A stretch of DNA of 64,000 nucleotides from an uncultured delta proteobacterium. Its GTDB lineage: Bacteria > Desulfobacterota > WTBG01 > CAIYCZ01 > CAIRTM01. The notes beneath the pieces are model-generated. The model was not told where the DNA came from and searched no databases. It saw only the letters and a list, made by a program, of their open reading frames with translations. Position numbers and translations under genes: made by a program. The DNA lies in the NCBI GenBank assembly GCA_963804955.1, contig CAWDSQ010000005.1:1-64000 (forward strand). The letters are read 5' to 3'. This document shows, piece by piece, positions 1 to 8,841 of the stretch. Within the stretch, counting starts at the first letter, position 1. Every line of letters begins with the position of its first letter.

Positions 1-8
1 AACGATTA

Positions 9-1244
9 TTGATAACTCTTTGGGGTTTGAAAATAATATTTGCTTTGATGGCCCTATATATAATCTTAATGGTTTATTGGCTTAACGAAATTGGTTTATG
101 GAAAGTGCATCAACTAAAAAATACTATTATATGGGCTGTATCAGTAGGTGTATTATTTCTTTTTCAACATGAGACAATAAAAAAGGAGCCGCAAGTTTTT
201 TTAAAAAAAACAATTGTTGATAATTTAAAGGTTGCTGCAATCATCCAGTTCATTGTGGGTTTTTACACATTCAATCTAGTTGGCGAGCTTATTATGCTTC
301 CAGTTTTAGTCGGATTAGGCGGCACCTTAGCACTAGCGCAATCTGATAAAAAATTTAATTTTTTAGAAAAGCCTACAAGCAATACCATAACCGTCTTTGT
401 AATCGGTTTAATTTTCTTTGCCATATACATGTTAATTACTAACTTTGCCGAATTTGCAAATGAAAAGACAATGTATGATTTTTTCATTTCACCCCTTTTA
501 ACATTGTTTTACCTGCCATTCATATTCGCGATGACAATGTTTATAGTCTATGAGTCAGTATTTAAAAGGCTACCAATAGCTATAAAAGATCCTGCTGTTC
601 TGCGTTATGCAAGAATATACGCAGCATGCAAATTCCATTTTCGAATAAAATCTTTGGAAAGATGGACCAGACTTCTAATATTGGAAGGAGTTTCTGGTGA
701 TGTTATATCTAAAATGAGAATTAAAGAATCAATCAATGCATTATTTGAAATAATGGCCGTTGAAAGGAACCCGCCAGTCATACCAGGGGAAGAAGGCTGG
801 TCGCCTTATGTTGCAAAAAAGTTTTTAGCGAACGAAGGGTTAACGACTGGTGCTTATGATCCAATCAACCTTAACAGCACAGATGAATGGTTTGCCATGT
901 CGCCATTCGTTAATTTTGGAGATGGCCTATTACAGAATCAAATTTTTTATTCAATAAAAGGTAATGCAACAACCGTAAAAGCAATTGAACTTAGACTAAC
1001 CGTATATTCACGAGAAACAGCTCAATCTGCTCATTTAAGGATGCTTTCTTCTGTAAAAACTTTGATGAAGAAAGCTTTAAATATAAACCCTCCAGAGCAA
1101 ATTGAGTCCGCAATTTTGCATGGTGAGAATAAGGTTTTCACAATTGACAATTTCATAGTTTCTCTTGAAAGCCAGGACTTCTTAAAAGATTTAGGGACAT
1201 ACGAAATTGCATTTAAAATAGTCCTAGCTCGGGTTAAAGCATGA
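9..1244 (+). CDS. hypothetical multi-pass membrane protein (true start may lie upstream of the window)
   Basis: 411-aa ORF with several hydrophobic segments in the N-terminal half and a soluble C-terminal half; AT-rich. Confidence 0.75.
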   Translation: MITLWGLKIIFALMALYIILMVYWLNEIGLWKVHQLKNTIIWAVSVGVLFLFQHETIKKEPQVFLKKTIVDNLKVAAIIQFIVGFYTFNLVGELIMLPVLVGLGGTLALAQSDKKFNFLEKPTSNTITVFVIGLIFFAIYMLITNFAEFANEKTMYDFFISPLLTLFYLPFIFAMTMFIVYESVFKRLPIAIKDPAVLRYARIYAACKFHFRIKSLERWTRLLILEGVSGDVISKMRIKESINALFEIMAVERNPPVIPGEEGWSPYVAKKFLANEGLTTGAYDPINLNSTDEWFAMSPFVNFGDGLLQNQIFYSIKGNATTVKAIELRLTVYSRETAQSAHLRMLSSVKTLMKKALNINPPEQIESAILHGENKVFTIDNFIVSLESQDFLKDLGTYEIAFKIVLARVKA

Positions 1245-1283
1245 AACCCGAAATTATTTTCAATAATTAATTATCATGGTCAT

Positions 1284-1949
1284 ATGACTCTCGACGAAGC
1301 AATTAATCAGGCACTGCAAAATGTCTTTACGATACACTATAAAGACAAAGACACGCCTTCCCGCTATGGCATCCTTTCTTTTTATGAAGAGCTATACAGC
1401 CAGTTTTATAACGAAGGGTTTTTAGAGGGTGATTTCTGGGAAGACGAATTAAACAGCAGCTTCAATGAGCCGCCATATCGTTTTGCCGGAGGGCTCTGTA
1501 TTGTACTTTTGCAACCGGATTATGATGATCTTTATTCGGGTGTAAACGAGAATGGGCTGGAGAATGTCTTGAGACACGCTCATTTTGCTTATTATGATGG
1601 AGCTGCCGATAAGCTGCAATTGCTCTCAAAAGAAAGCCTCTTTGCTATCCTTCCTAGTCTTTGTAGAGATGCATTGTGCAGTGAATTGCCAATCATAGAT
1701 ATATACCCGAAATCGGAAAGAACTCCTGCGCTTAAAGAAACAACCGTGACGAGGTTTAAAAACAAAAAAGACTATTCAGGGTCAACGTTCAGGTGTGAAT
1801 GCGGAGAGCCATTGTGTATTTCAGAATTTGCCTGGATACGCAATGGTGTTGTTTTAATATATATATATCATGGCAGCGGGGGGTTTTTAGATAATATGTG
1901 GCTACTGCCATTCAACACAACCGCCTATTGTATTGATGATAAGTCGTAG
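1284..1949 (+). CDS. hypothetical protein
   Basis: 221-aa ORF, AT-rich, co-oriented with neighbours; no motif recognised apart from a CECG. Confidence 0.65.
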   Translation: MTLDEAINQALQNVFTIHYKDKDTPSRYGILSFYEELYSQFYNEGFLEGDFWEDELNSSFNEPPYRFAGGLCIVLLQPDYDDLYSGVNENGLENVLRHAHFAYYDGAADKLQLLSKESLFAILPSLCRDALCSELPIIDIYPKSERTPALKETTVTRFKNKKDYSGSTFRCECGEPLCISEFAWIRNGVVLIYIYHGSGGFLDNMWLLPFNTTAYCIDDKS

Positions 1950-2027
1950 GGCGGGTTGAAGAATGAAACCCAACAATTCACTGAACAGCAGCAACTGATG
2001 GGTTCCGCTTCGCTTCACCCATCCTAC
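1946..2027. repeat. REP-like palindromic element (GTAGGGYGGGTT...CACCCATCCTAC type)
   Basis: gtagggcgggttgaag...cttcacccatcctac imperfect inverted repeat. Related pieces occur near 3680, 4126-4170, 47800-47856 and 53904-53924. Confidence 0.6.
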
Positions 2028-2061
2028 ATTACTGACCCCTGATCCCCGACCCCTGTTACGC

Positions 2062-2103
2062 GGCCTGACGGATGATGAAATAAAGATTGTTGAGGGTGCT
2101 TAA
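2062..2103 (+). pseudogene. C-terminal remnant resembling the end of type IIG R-M/DNA methyltransferase proteins
   Basis: Reads GLTDDEIKIVEGA-stop, matching the LYGLTxEEIxIVEG tail typical of such enzymes; no upstream ORF. Confidence 0.45.
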
Positions 2104-2146
2104 AAGAATTATAATTGAGGGAAAAAGTATTCATGAGGATTAAACA

Positions 2147-2404
2147 ATGCAGGCAATACGTCAAATTAAAAAAACGCAGGGCAATAAAGTTACGGTGAAT
2201 CTCCCGGATAATTTCAAGTCAGCCATGGTTGAAGTCATCGTTCTCCCCCTTGAAACATCAAAGGTCGGTAAAGCTGCTTCAATGGAATCAACCGGGCAAT
2301 CTCTTGTGGCCTATTTGGATACGCTAGGGGCAAAGGGCCGAAAAAAAAGGACCAAAAAAGATATTGATAGAGAAATTGCAGCCGAGCGTAATTCCTGGGG
2401 CTGA
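2147..2404 (+). CDS. putative antitoxin of a VapBC-like pair
   Basis: 85 aa; its stop overlaps the start of the PIN gene (TGATG); N-terminal VTVNLPDNF...VEVIVLP pattern. Confidence 0.7.
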   Translation: MQAIRQIKKTQGNKVTVNLPDNFKSAMVEVIVLPLETSKVGKAASMESTGQSLVAYLDTLGAKGRKKRTKKDIDREIAAERNSWG

Positions 2405-2802
2405 TGGCGATGAAAATCTACCTTGATAGCTGCATAGTAATCTATCTTATTGAAGGGGCTGGTTCTCTACAAACTGCCGTTGAAACTGCTATCAGAGAAA
2501 ATAGTGCAAAGGCTTTTTGCGTTTCAGAGCTTGTTCGCCTTGAGTGTAAAGTGGGGCCGATGAAGCGTTCTCAGAAAAAGCTGCTGGAAGAATACGACAG
2601 GTTTTTTGAAAATGTTGCTGTGTTTGAAATGAATAAAAATGTTTTTGAAGCAGCAACGTCTTTACGTGCAAGTCATACTCTAAAAACTCCTGATGCACTG
2701 CATCTTGCCTGCGCCATTTATAATCAGTGTGATGAATTCTGGACAAATGACAGCCATCTCACCGGAATTAGCAAAAAAATAAAAATCCGGACACTTCCAT
2801 AG
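2404..2802 (+). CDS. vapC: PIN-domain (VapC family) toxin
   Basis: IYLDSCIVIY, E in VRLEC, LKTPDALHLACA, FWTND: the PIN acidic residues. Confidence 0.9.
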   Translation: MAMKIYLDSCIVIYLIEGAGSLQTAVETAIRENSAKAFCVSELVRLECKVGPMKRSQKKLLEEYDRFFENVAVFEMNKNVFEAATSLRASHTLKTPDALHLACAIYNQCDEFWTNDSHLTGISKKIKIRTLP

Positions 2803-2840
2803 CGCAACCCAATATCGCCATAATATAAAGGCACGTCTTT

Positions 2841-3158
2841 ATGGCTCATATCCCTGTTGCAATAGAAAATAAAATTACAAAATATCTTAATGCACTTCGG
2901 ATAAACAATATACCCGTGAGTAAGGCATATCTGTTCGGCAGTTATGCGCGGGGAACATACAGCAAGTGGAGCGATATTGATATCGCACTTGTTTCTGAAT
3001 GCTTCAAGGGAGATCGTCTGGAAGATAAAAAATTGATACGGAAAATAACTTTGCAAGTCGGCAGCGATATTGAGCCCGTGCCTTTTTCGCCAATGGATTT
3101 TAATGACAATGATCCCTTTGCGCATGAGATTCTGTCAACGGGCATTCAGCTTGTATAG
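2841..3158 (+). CDS. minimal nucleotidyltransferase (MNT) domain protein
   Basis: LFGSYARG...SDIDIALVS motif, 105 aa. Confidence 0.9.
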   Translation: MAHIPVAIENKITKYLNALRINNIPVSKAYLFGSYARGTYSKWSDIDIALVSECFKGDRLEDKKLIRKITLQVGSDIEPVPFSPMDFNDNDPFAHEILSTGIQLV

Positions 3159-3176
3159 GTATGACAAGCAGGTAGT

Positions 3177-3632
3177 GTGCAACACACCCTTTTTATAAAT
3201 TCTCAAAAATTTGTTGGTTCCGCCCATAGTGTCGGATTACACCCTCCTTACGAACGGGCATTAAGAAATAAAATTGTACGCAATGATGTTCTCTATAAGC
3301 TATTCACTGATGCAATTGAGTCCGGTCCGCTTGATGGTGGGTGCTATGCAATGGCAAAGGCGCTCCAGAATATTCTAGGCGGAGAACTTTATTCTTTAAG
3401 CGGAATTAATTCGAAAGGGGAAAGGCAAGCCGTGCATGTTGTATTAAAATCAGGAGATGTGTATTGGGATGCTGATGGGCGCAGCACAAATGACCGCCTT
3501 GTGAGGCGATGGCAGGAGGAAGAGGGGATAGAAATGCCGGAACTGAGGCCGTTTAAAGAAACGGATGTTGCTGAATCGCCAAGAGATAATGGCCTTATAA
3601 ACAAGGTTGTAGAGCATCTGACTGGCGTGTGA
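3177..3632 (+). CDS. hypothetical protein with a possible Cys-His-Asp triad; start uncertain
   Basis: GGCYAMAKAL...HVV...WDADG; the 5' part of the ORF overlaps REP-like sequence. Confidence 0.55.
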   Translation: MQHTLFINSQKFVGSAHSVGLHPPYERALRNKIVRNDVLYKLFTDAIESGPLDGGCYAMAKALQNILGGELYSLSGINSKGERQAVHVVLKSGDVYWDADGRSTNDRLVRRWQEEEGIEMPELRPFKETDVAESPRDNGLINKVVEHLTGV

Positions 3633-3730
3633 GAGTAAACTCTTGAGAAATGCGCTAGAAATAATAAACCCTGATCCCTGCACCCATCCTGCATTTCTGC
3701 AGGGAAACCTATTTTAAAAGGAATAGCGAT

Positions 3731-4129
3731 ATGACCCTGGAAGAATTAGTCAACAGCGGCTCGCAACAAAACAAAACGGGTGAATATGATTATAATGGCC
3801 GGAAAATTATTTTTCTCGATTTAAACGGCGTGCCGCCTGAAGGTATTAAAAGCAGAGTAGAACTTGCAAAAACATTTATTTTTGCATCACAGCCGAATTC
3901 CGTGCTTCTTTTAACGGATTTTAGAGACATGAGATACGACAAGGAAAGAACGGAATACGCTGTACAGGTTTCAAAAGATATAAAACCATTTGTCAATAAA
4001 AGCGCGCTGCTCGGAATCGAGGGTTTGAAAAAAATTATAATGCAATCACTGATGGTTTTTTCCGGAAGAACCAACATGAAACCGTTCCTGGAGGTGAAAG
4101 ACGCTCTTGAATGGCTGATTAAAGCGTAA
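3731..4129 (+). CDS. STAS/SEC14 (SpoIIAA-like) domain protein
   Basis: VLLLTDF...KSALLGIEGLKKI...F..VKDALEWL pattern. Confidence 0.7.
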   Translation: MTLEELVNSGSQQNKTGEYDYNGRKIIFLDLNGVPPEGIKSRVELAKTFIFASQPNSVLLLTDFRDMRYDKERTEYAVQVSKDIKPFVNKSALLGIEGLKKIIMQSLMVFSGRTNMKPFLEVKDALEWLIKA

Positions 4130-4469
4130 GTCGGGTTGATCCGCCGCGGCGGACTGCACCCATCCTGCAGTACGTAATCTGACAGAGAAAGGATTACCTC
4201 TGATATTATGGAATAATTGCGTAATAGTCCGGATTCTGCATGCAGCCGTTATGTGGATTTTTGGCCGCACGTCAATAGCACAAGATATGGCATGCTCCTA
4301 ACCTCTCCTGTAATACCTCAAAATATGAAATACTATTTCTGGTGTTTTGTCTGGTAAGGGTTTATTGTTTATCCAGGCTGTAATTTTAAATTTTAGTGAA
4401 GCGGTAAAGGATCCAAAATGTAGAAACAGAGATACAAAATACTTACGTCTCACAGGGAAAGGAAAATGC

Positions 4470-5702
4470 ATGAAACATAAAAAGATTTTCCGTGCTGTTT
4501 TGATTTATGTTGCAGGTCTTGTTATCGCATCACCTGTATTTTCCAGGGAGTTCAAACTTCCTGATACCGGCCAGGAGCTTTGTTACAACTGGGATAGTAT
4601 CATAGATTGCCCCAGCCCAGGGGAAGACTTTTACGGGCAGGACGGTACCTATTCAATAAATCCCCCTGATCTGACCGACAACGGCGACGGGACCATACAA
4701 GACAAGCTGACAGGTCTTACCTGGGAGAAAAAGACAGAGGGGATTGAGACTGTTACCTATGCAGAAGCCTTATTGTATTGTGAAAATCTTGTTCTTGGCG
4801 GAAGTGATGACTGGCGGTTGCCGACCCGGCCTGAATATTCAACCGTTCTGAACTATGGTGTTATCAGCCCGGCTCTGGATCATGATATATTTCCCGGTGA
4901 ACCTGGTATTGGTGATACGGCAAGCTACTGGACCACTTCGGACTATCATGACAACACATCACAGGTCTGGAAAATAAAGATTTCATTCGGCCTCATAGAT
5001 AAAAACAGTAAAACAGGTTCCATGGGGAAAGTACGATGTGTTACGGGTACCGTATTGCCGACAGCAAAATTTGTTGATAACGGTGACGGCACCGTAACCG
5101 ACAAATCGACAGGACTCATGTGGGAACAGAAAACAGATGACGGGAGCACCGGCGACAAGGACATTAAAAGAACCTGGAATGCTTCTATGCAATACTGCGA
5201 GAGCCTTACATTAGGCGGCTATACCGACTGGCGGTTGCCCAACACCAAAGAACAGGAGCGAATTGTTGATCTGGGGAAGAGCTACCCTGCTGTTGATACA
5301 CAGTTTTTTCCCAACACGCACAGTGCTATATACTGGTCAGGCACAAGCTGTTCGGGATGCCATAAATTCAAGGCGCTCTCAGTTGATTACTCGGACGGTA
5401 AGGTTTATTTCGGCGTTAAATTTCGGAATGAAGAATATCCTGAAAACTATGAACGCTGCGTACGGTCCACTGCTGGAATATGTCCTGCACAACAGGTGCT
5501 CGGAGTAAATAATCCACAACTCGAGAATCTTCGTGATTTTCGCGACAGCAGGCTGGCCAATAGCGCCCTTGGCCGGAAGGCAATACAAATCTATTACAAC
5601 AATGCCGACAGCATCAATGCCGCCCTTGATGGCGCCCCGGAGTTACAGGCGGTTGCCAGAAGGGTACTTGAAGTAATTGCGCCGATGGTCGGGAAGAAAT
5701 AA
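4470..5702 (+). CDS. secreted tandem DUF1566 (Lcl C-terminal-like) protein with a putative C-terminal sorting domain
   Basis: Signal peptide; LPDTGQ; two DNGDGT..D..TGLxWE...W-R-L-P units; C-terminal ICP...LRDFRDSRL...G...IQIYY (CFI-box-CTERM-like). Confidence 0.85.
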   Translation: MKHKKIFRAVLIYVAGLVIASPVFSREFKLPDTGQELCYNWDSIIDCPSPGEDFYGQDGTYSINPPDLTDNGDGTIQDKLTGLTWEKKTEGIETVTYAEALLYCENLVLGGSDDWRLPTRPEYSTVLNYGVISPALDHDIFPGEPGIGDTASYWTTSDYHDNTSQVWKIKISFGLIDKNSKTGSMGKVRCVTGTVLPTAKFVDNGDGTVTDKSTGLMWEQKTDDGSTGDKDIKRTWNASMQYCESLTLGGYTDWRLPNTKEQERIVDLGKSYPAVDTQFFPNTHSAIYWSGTSCSGCHKFKALSVDYSDGKVYFGVKFRNEEYPENYERCVRSTAGICPAQQVLGVNNPQLENLRDFRDSRLANSALGRKAIQIYYNNADSINAALDGAPELQAVARRVLEVIAPMVGKK

Positions 5703-5726
5703 AACTGAGACTGAAATATCAAACCG

Positions 5727-5761
5727 GGCCTGACCACTGCATATTGTGGCCAGGCTTTTTC
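5727..5761 (+). terminator. intrinsic terminator
   Basis: ggcctgaccac...gtggccaggc hairpin followed by a T-tract, just after the stop codon. Confidence 0.6.
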
Positions 5762-5780
5762 ATAAAAATTCACATTCCTT

Positions 5781-5869
5781 GTCATTGCGGGAAGCGGAGC
5801 GACGCGGCAATCTTGATTTTTTTCGAAAAATTACAAACGCAGAGATTGCTTCACTTCGTTCGCAATGAC
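5781..5869. repeat. palindromic repeat element (GTCATTGCG...GCAATGAC family)
   Basis: gtcattgcg...gcaatct / gagattgc...cgcaatgac inverted arms. Confidence 0.7.
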
Positions 5870-6169
5870 TGTTTTTTACTTTTGCGAATTCATCAAAAAT
5901 GGTTTTTTTAAAATGGACCTTTCCCCGGTGCAGCAGGGCGGCGCCGGACACCGGCTATAGGGCTGCACCCCAGCCGATGCCTAACACATAATTCAATTAA
6001 AAGGGCGGGCGTGGCCTAGATAAGGTGCCCGCCTCCTTGCGGAGACACCATCCGCCCTGAAAAAATACAGCACAGCAAATGCCGGGCAATCAATAAGGCT
6101 CCGGCGTTTAGTGCGAAGCTCCATAAACAAGGGGCAATTAATTTAACACAAAAAAATATGTCTGTTTCA

Positions 6170-6247
6170 TCCCCCTTTGAAAAAGGGGGATACAGGGGGA
6201 TTTTTGCAGTCTGACAAATCCCCCTACCCCCTTTGCTAAAGGGGGAA
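6170..6247. repeat. REP-like element (TCCCCCTTT..AAAGGGGGA doublet)
   Basis: Two hairpins, ccccctttgaaaaaggggg and cccctttgctaaaggggg; a relic occurs near 33424. Confidence 0.65.
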
Positions 6248-6327
6248 TTTTTTACCCCTCTTTTGCGTTGCGTTTTACTTAAGTGACGGGTTGCCAATAC
6301 CCCCTGAACCCCGGCCCCTTTCCCTCA

Positions 6328-6726
6328 TCAACTCACCAGAAACACCTCCACTTTCAACATCTCCCAGGCCGGCAAGGCAGGATGCGCTTCAGCAACCGTG
6401 CATTCAAGCCGAACCTGCTGCTGTAAAAGGCGGCTGATGTGCCGGTTGTCGCTCCGGGGCACATAGCCGATTTTTTTGTCACGATAGGAAATCTGCACGG
6501 CGAATTCATCATGCCGGTTTTGCGGCTCTGCTATAAGGAGAAGCACATCGCCCGGCTTTACCCGGCTGATAATTTTCGGGCCTTTGTAATACTGAAATCC
6601 TGCCACGGAAAATGTGTTGATCAGCGTTTTTTTCAGCGGCTGTTCTGCCGGGGCTTTTTTCGGCAACAGCCCGGCAAGTGGTGTTGCCAGCAGAAAACGT
6701 AAAAACTTCCTCCGGGTGTTTTCCAT
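6328..6726 (-). CDS. HIRAN-domain protein with a twin-arginine signal-like N-terminus
   Basis: VAGFQYY...L..EPQNRHDEFAV...KIGYVPR (HIRAN); N-terminus MENTRRKFL. Confidence 0.85.
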   Translation of the reverse strand: MENTRRKFLRFLLATPLAGLLPKKAPAEQPLKKTLINTFSVAGFQYYKGPKIISRVKPGDVLLLIAEPQNRHDEFAVQISYRDKKIGYVPRSDNRHISRLLQQQVRLECTVAEAHPALPAWEMLKVEVFLVS

Positions 6727-6957
6727 AAAAATATCCTTCCGTGTTCTTGTTGAATCAATAGTAGAACACGGTTTTGTCATATGAGGACAAAACCAATAAA
6801 AAAAATTAAAGCCCCAAAGGAAGATATTTTAAAAATTTTTAATGGAAACCGTTTTTTTTGCTTGACAAGATGGTTTAAACTAGCTTAAAGGTAAAAACAG
6901 TTAAAAAGTTTTTATATATAAAACGTAAATATAATTAACATGGTTTAAATTATAAAA

Positions 6958-7197
6958 ATGACCGAGCCGCGCAAGCCGGAATCTAAAGATGATCAGCACC
7001 TGCCTGAAGGCGATATGCCGCAGGCTGAAGTGCGTCGTCCGGGCAGGCCTCGGGAGATACAATACACCCTCGACAAGAAGTTTACGCTGCTGCTGCCGAA
7101 GGACGTGCACAAGGCGCTGAAAGTAAAGTCGGCCGAGCTTGAGCTTCCCATGACCAGCATGATTATCGATGCCATAAAAAAGACCTATGGCATTTAA
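6958..7197 (+). CDS. small ribbon-helix-helix (CopG/ParG-like) DNA-binding protein
   Basis: 79 aa; KFTLLLPKDVHKALKVKSAELELPMTSMIIDAI fits the RHH pattern; upstream GRPR (AT-hook-like). Confidence 0.7.
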   Translation: MTEPRKPESKDDQHLPEGDMPQAEVRRPGRPREIQYTLDKKFTLLLPKDVHKALKVKSAELELPMTSMIIDAIKKTYGI

Positions 7198-7286
7198 ACC
7201 AGTCCGGCGCTTGAAAAAGCGCAGGCGCATACAGGGAAACAAAAACTATGTTTATTTCATTAATTTCTTAGACAGGGGGTTACGCC

Positions 7287-8456
7287 ATGAGTTTCCAGTT
7301 CAATGAACAGCAGAAAGCATCCATCAAAGTCATCGGTGTGGGCGGGGCAGGCTGCAACGCGGTCAATACGATGATCGCTGCGCACCTGGAAAATGTCGAC
7401 TTCATTGTCGCCAACACCGACCGCCAGGCGCTGGAGCGCAACCGCTCGCCCATCAAGGTTCAGATGGGCGACAAGGTCACCAAGGGCCTCGGGGCAGGCG
7501 CAAATCCGGAAATCGGCAGGACCGCTGCCATCGAGGACATCGATCGGATCAAAGATACGATCGAAGGCTCGGATATGGTTTTTGTTGCCGCGGGCATGGG
7601 CGGCGGCACCGGCACGGGAGCTGCTCCCATCATCGCCCAGGCGGCCCGCTCGCTCGGAATTCTTACCGTGGGCGTGGTGACCAAGCCGTTCCGGTTTGAG
7701 GGCAAGGTGCGCAGCCGTCTGGCAGACGAAGGGCTGAAGGCTTTGGAGGAAAATGTCGATTCCCTTATCGTCATTCCCAATGAAAAGCTGTTCAGCCTTG
7801 CAGACCGGCGGCTGACCCTGCTTGACGGTTTCAAGATGGCCGACGAAGTGCTGCTTCACGCGGTCAGGTCGATTTCCGACCTCATAAATGTTCCGGGCCT
7901 CATCAACCTGGACTTTGCCGATGTGAAAACGATCATGACCGACAGCGGCATGGCGTTCATGGGCCTCGGGATCGACAGCAGCGAGCACCGGGCATCTGAA
8001 GCGGCGCGCAAAGCCATTGCCAATCCGCTGCTTGATGATATTTCCATCCGGGGAGCCAAAGGCATGCTCATCAACATAATGGCCAGCTCCACCATGACCT
8101 TTGATGATCTTGAGCAGGCCACGGATTTTATCCGCGAAGAGGCCCATGATGAGGCAAATATTATTTTCGGTGCTGCCATCGACGACACCATGGCTGAAAA
8201 GTTCCAGATCACCGTCATTGCCACGGGCTTTGCCAAGCAGCAGGCTCAGCAGGCGGTCGAACACCGGGCCGTGAATGTTCAGGCGCGGGCAGTCAATGCT
8301 CCGGACCCTTTGCCTGAGGCGCCGGCGCACCGCATGCGGGAAACCGAAGATCGCTCGGATTCACGGGTGGTGAAGCTCGGGACCATCATCAGCGATTTTG
8401 ATGATGACGAAGGCTATGACATACCGACATTTGTGCGGCGCAAGTCGGTGCTGTAG
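7287..8456 (+). CDS. ftsZ: cell division protein FtsZ
   Basis: IKVIGVGGAGCNAVN, GGGTGTG, NLDFAD, C-terminal core peptide DIPTFVRR. Confidence 0.98.
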   Translation: MSFQFNEQQKASIKVIGVGGAGCNAVNTMIAAHLENVDFIVANTDRQALERNRSPIKVQMGDKVTKGLGAGANPEIGRTAAIEDIDRIKDTIEGSDMVFVAAGMGGGTGTGAAPIIAQAARSLGILTVGVVTKPFRFEGKVRSRLADEGLKALEENVDSLIVIPNEKLFSLADRRLTLLDGFKMADEVLLHAVRSISDLINVPGLINLDFADVKTIMTDSGMAFMGLGIDSSEHRASEAARKAIANPLLDDISIRGAKGMLINIMASSTMTFDDLEQATDFIREEAHDEANIIFGAAIDDTMAEKFQITVIATGFAKQQAQQAVEHRAVNVQARAVNAPDPLPEAPAHRMRETEDRSDSRVVKLGTIISDFDDDEGYDIPTFVRRKSVL

Positions 8457-8841
8457 AGTATTTTAAATATGTGCAGCCGATAGCAGTATGAACCGTGCAT
8501 GTTTTTTTAAAAAGGTGTCAGCCCTGGAGAACTCCGGATTCAAGAGTCACGAGGAGCGAGGCGGGGCTTCCGAGAAAAGAACTTGATTCTTACATGTCTT
8601 GGATACCGGCTTTCGCCGGCATGACGGGAAAGAGGATCCAGCGGGCTTTTTGCGTGCTCTTCTATTTAAACTACAGTAGAGAGAAAAATACAGTAGGGCT
8701 TTTTCTGAATGGTGCAGGCCACATTGTCATTGCGAATGCCGCTGCAGGCGGGATGAGTCCGCAGGTTGCGCCATTGCGCATCAATCTAAAAAGCTTGAGC
8801 GTACTTCAGCCTAAGATCATGCTCCCGGAGCTGCCGCGCCG

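Noticed and set aside
4470..5702. DUF1566 protein as a diversity-generating retroelement target
   Set aside because: No reverse transcriptase and no template repeat differing at adenines is visible; the two similar segments are ordinary in-frame domain duplicates.
1..6330. Integron cassette array
   Set aside because: No convincing paired RYYYAAC/GTTRRRY attC structures and no integrase were seen.
7260..8330. Long antisense ORFs (356 aa opposite ftsZ; also 10127-10957, 31475-32326, 35216-36139, 46820-47821)
   Set aside because: Shadow frames of GC-rich genuine genes, with no recognisable motifs.
7287..8456. TubZ or other plasmid/phage tubulin
   Set aside because: The sequence is canonical FtsZ including the C-terminal core peptide, and the context is chromosomal.
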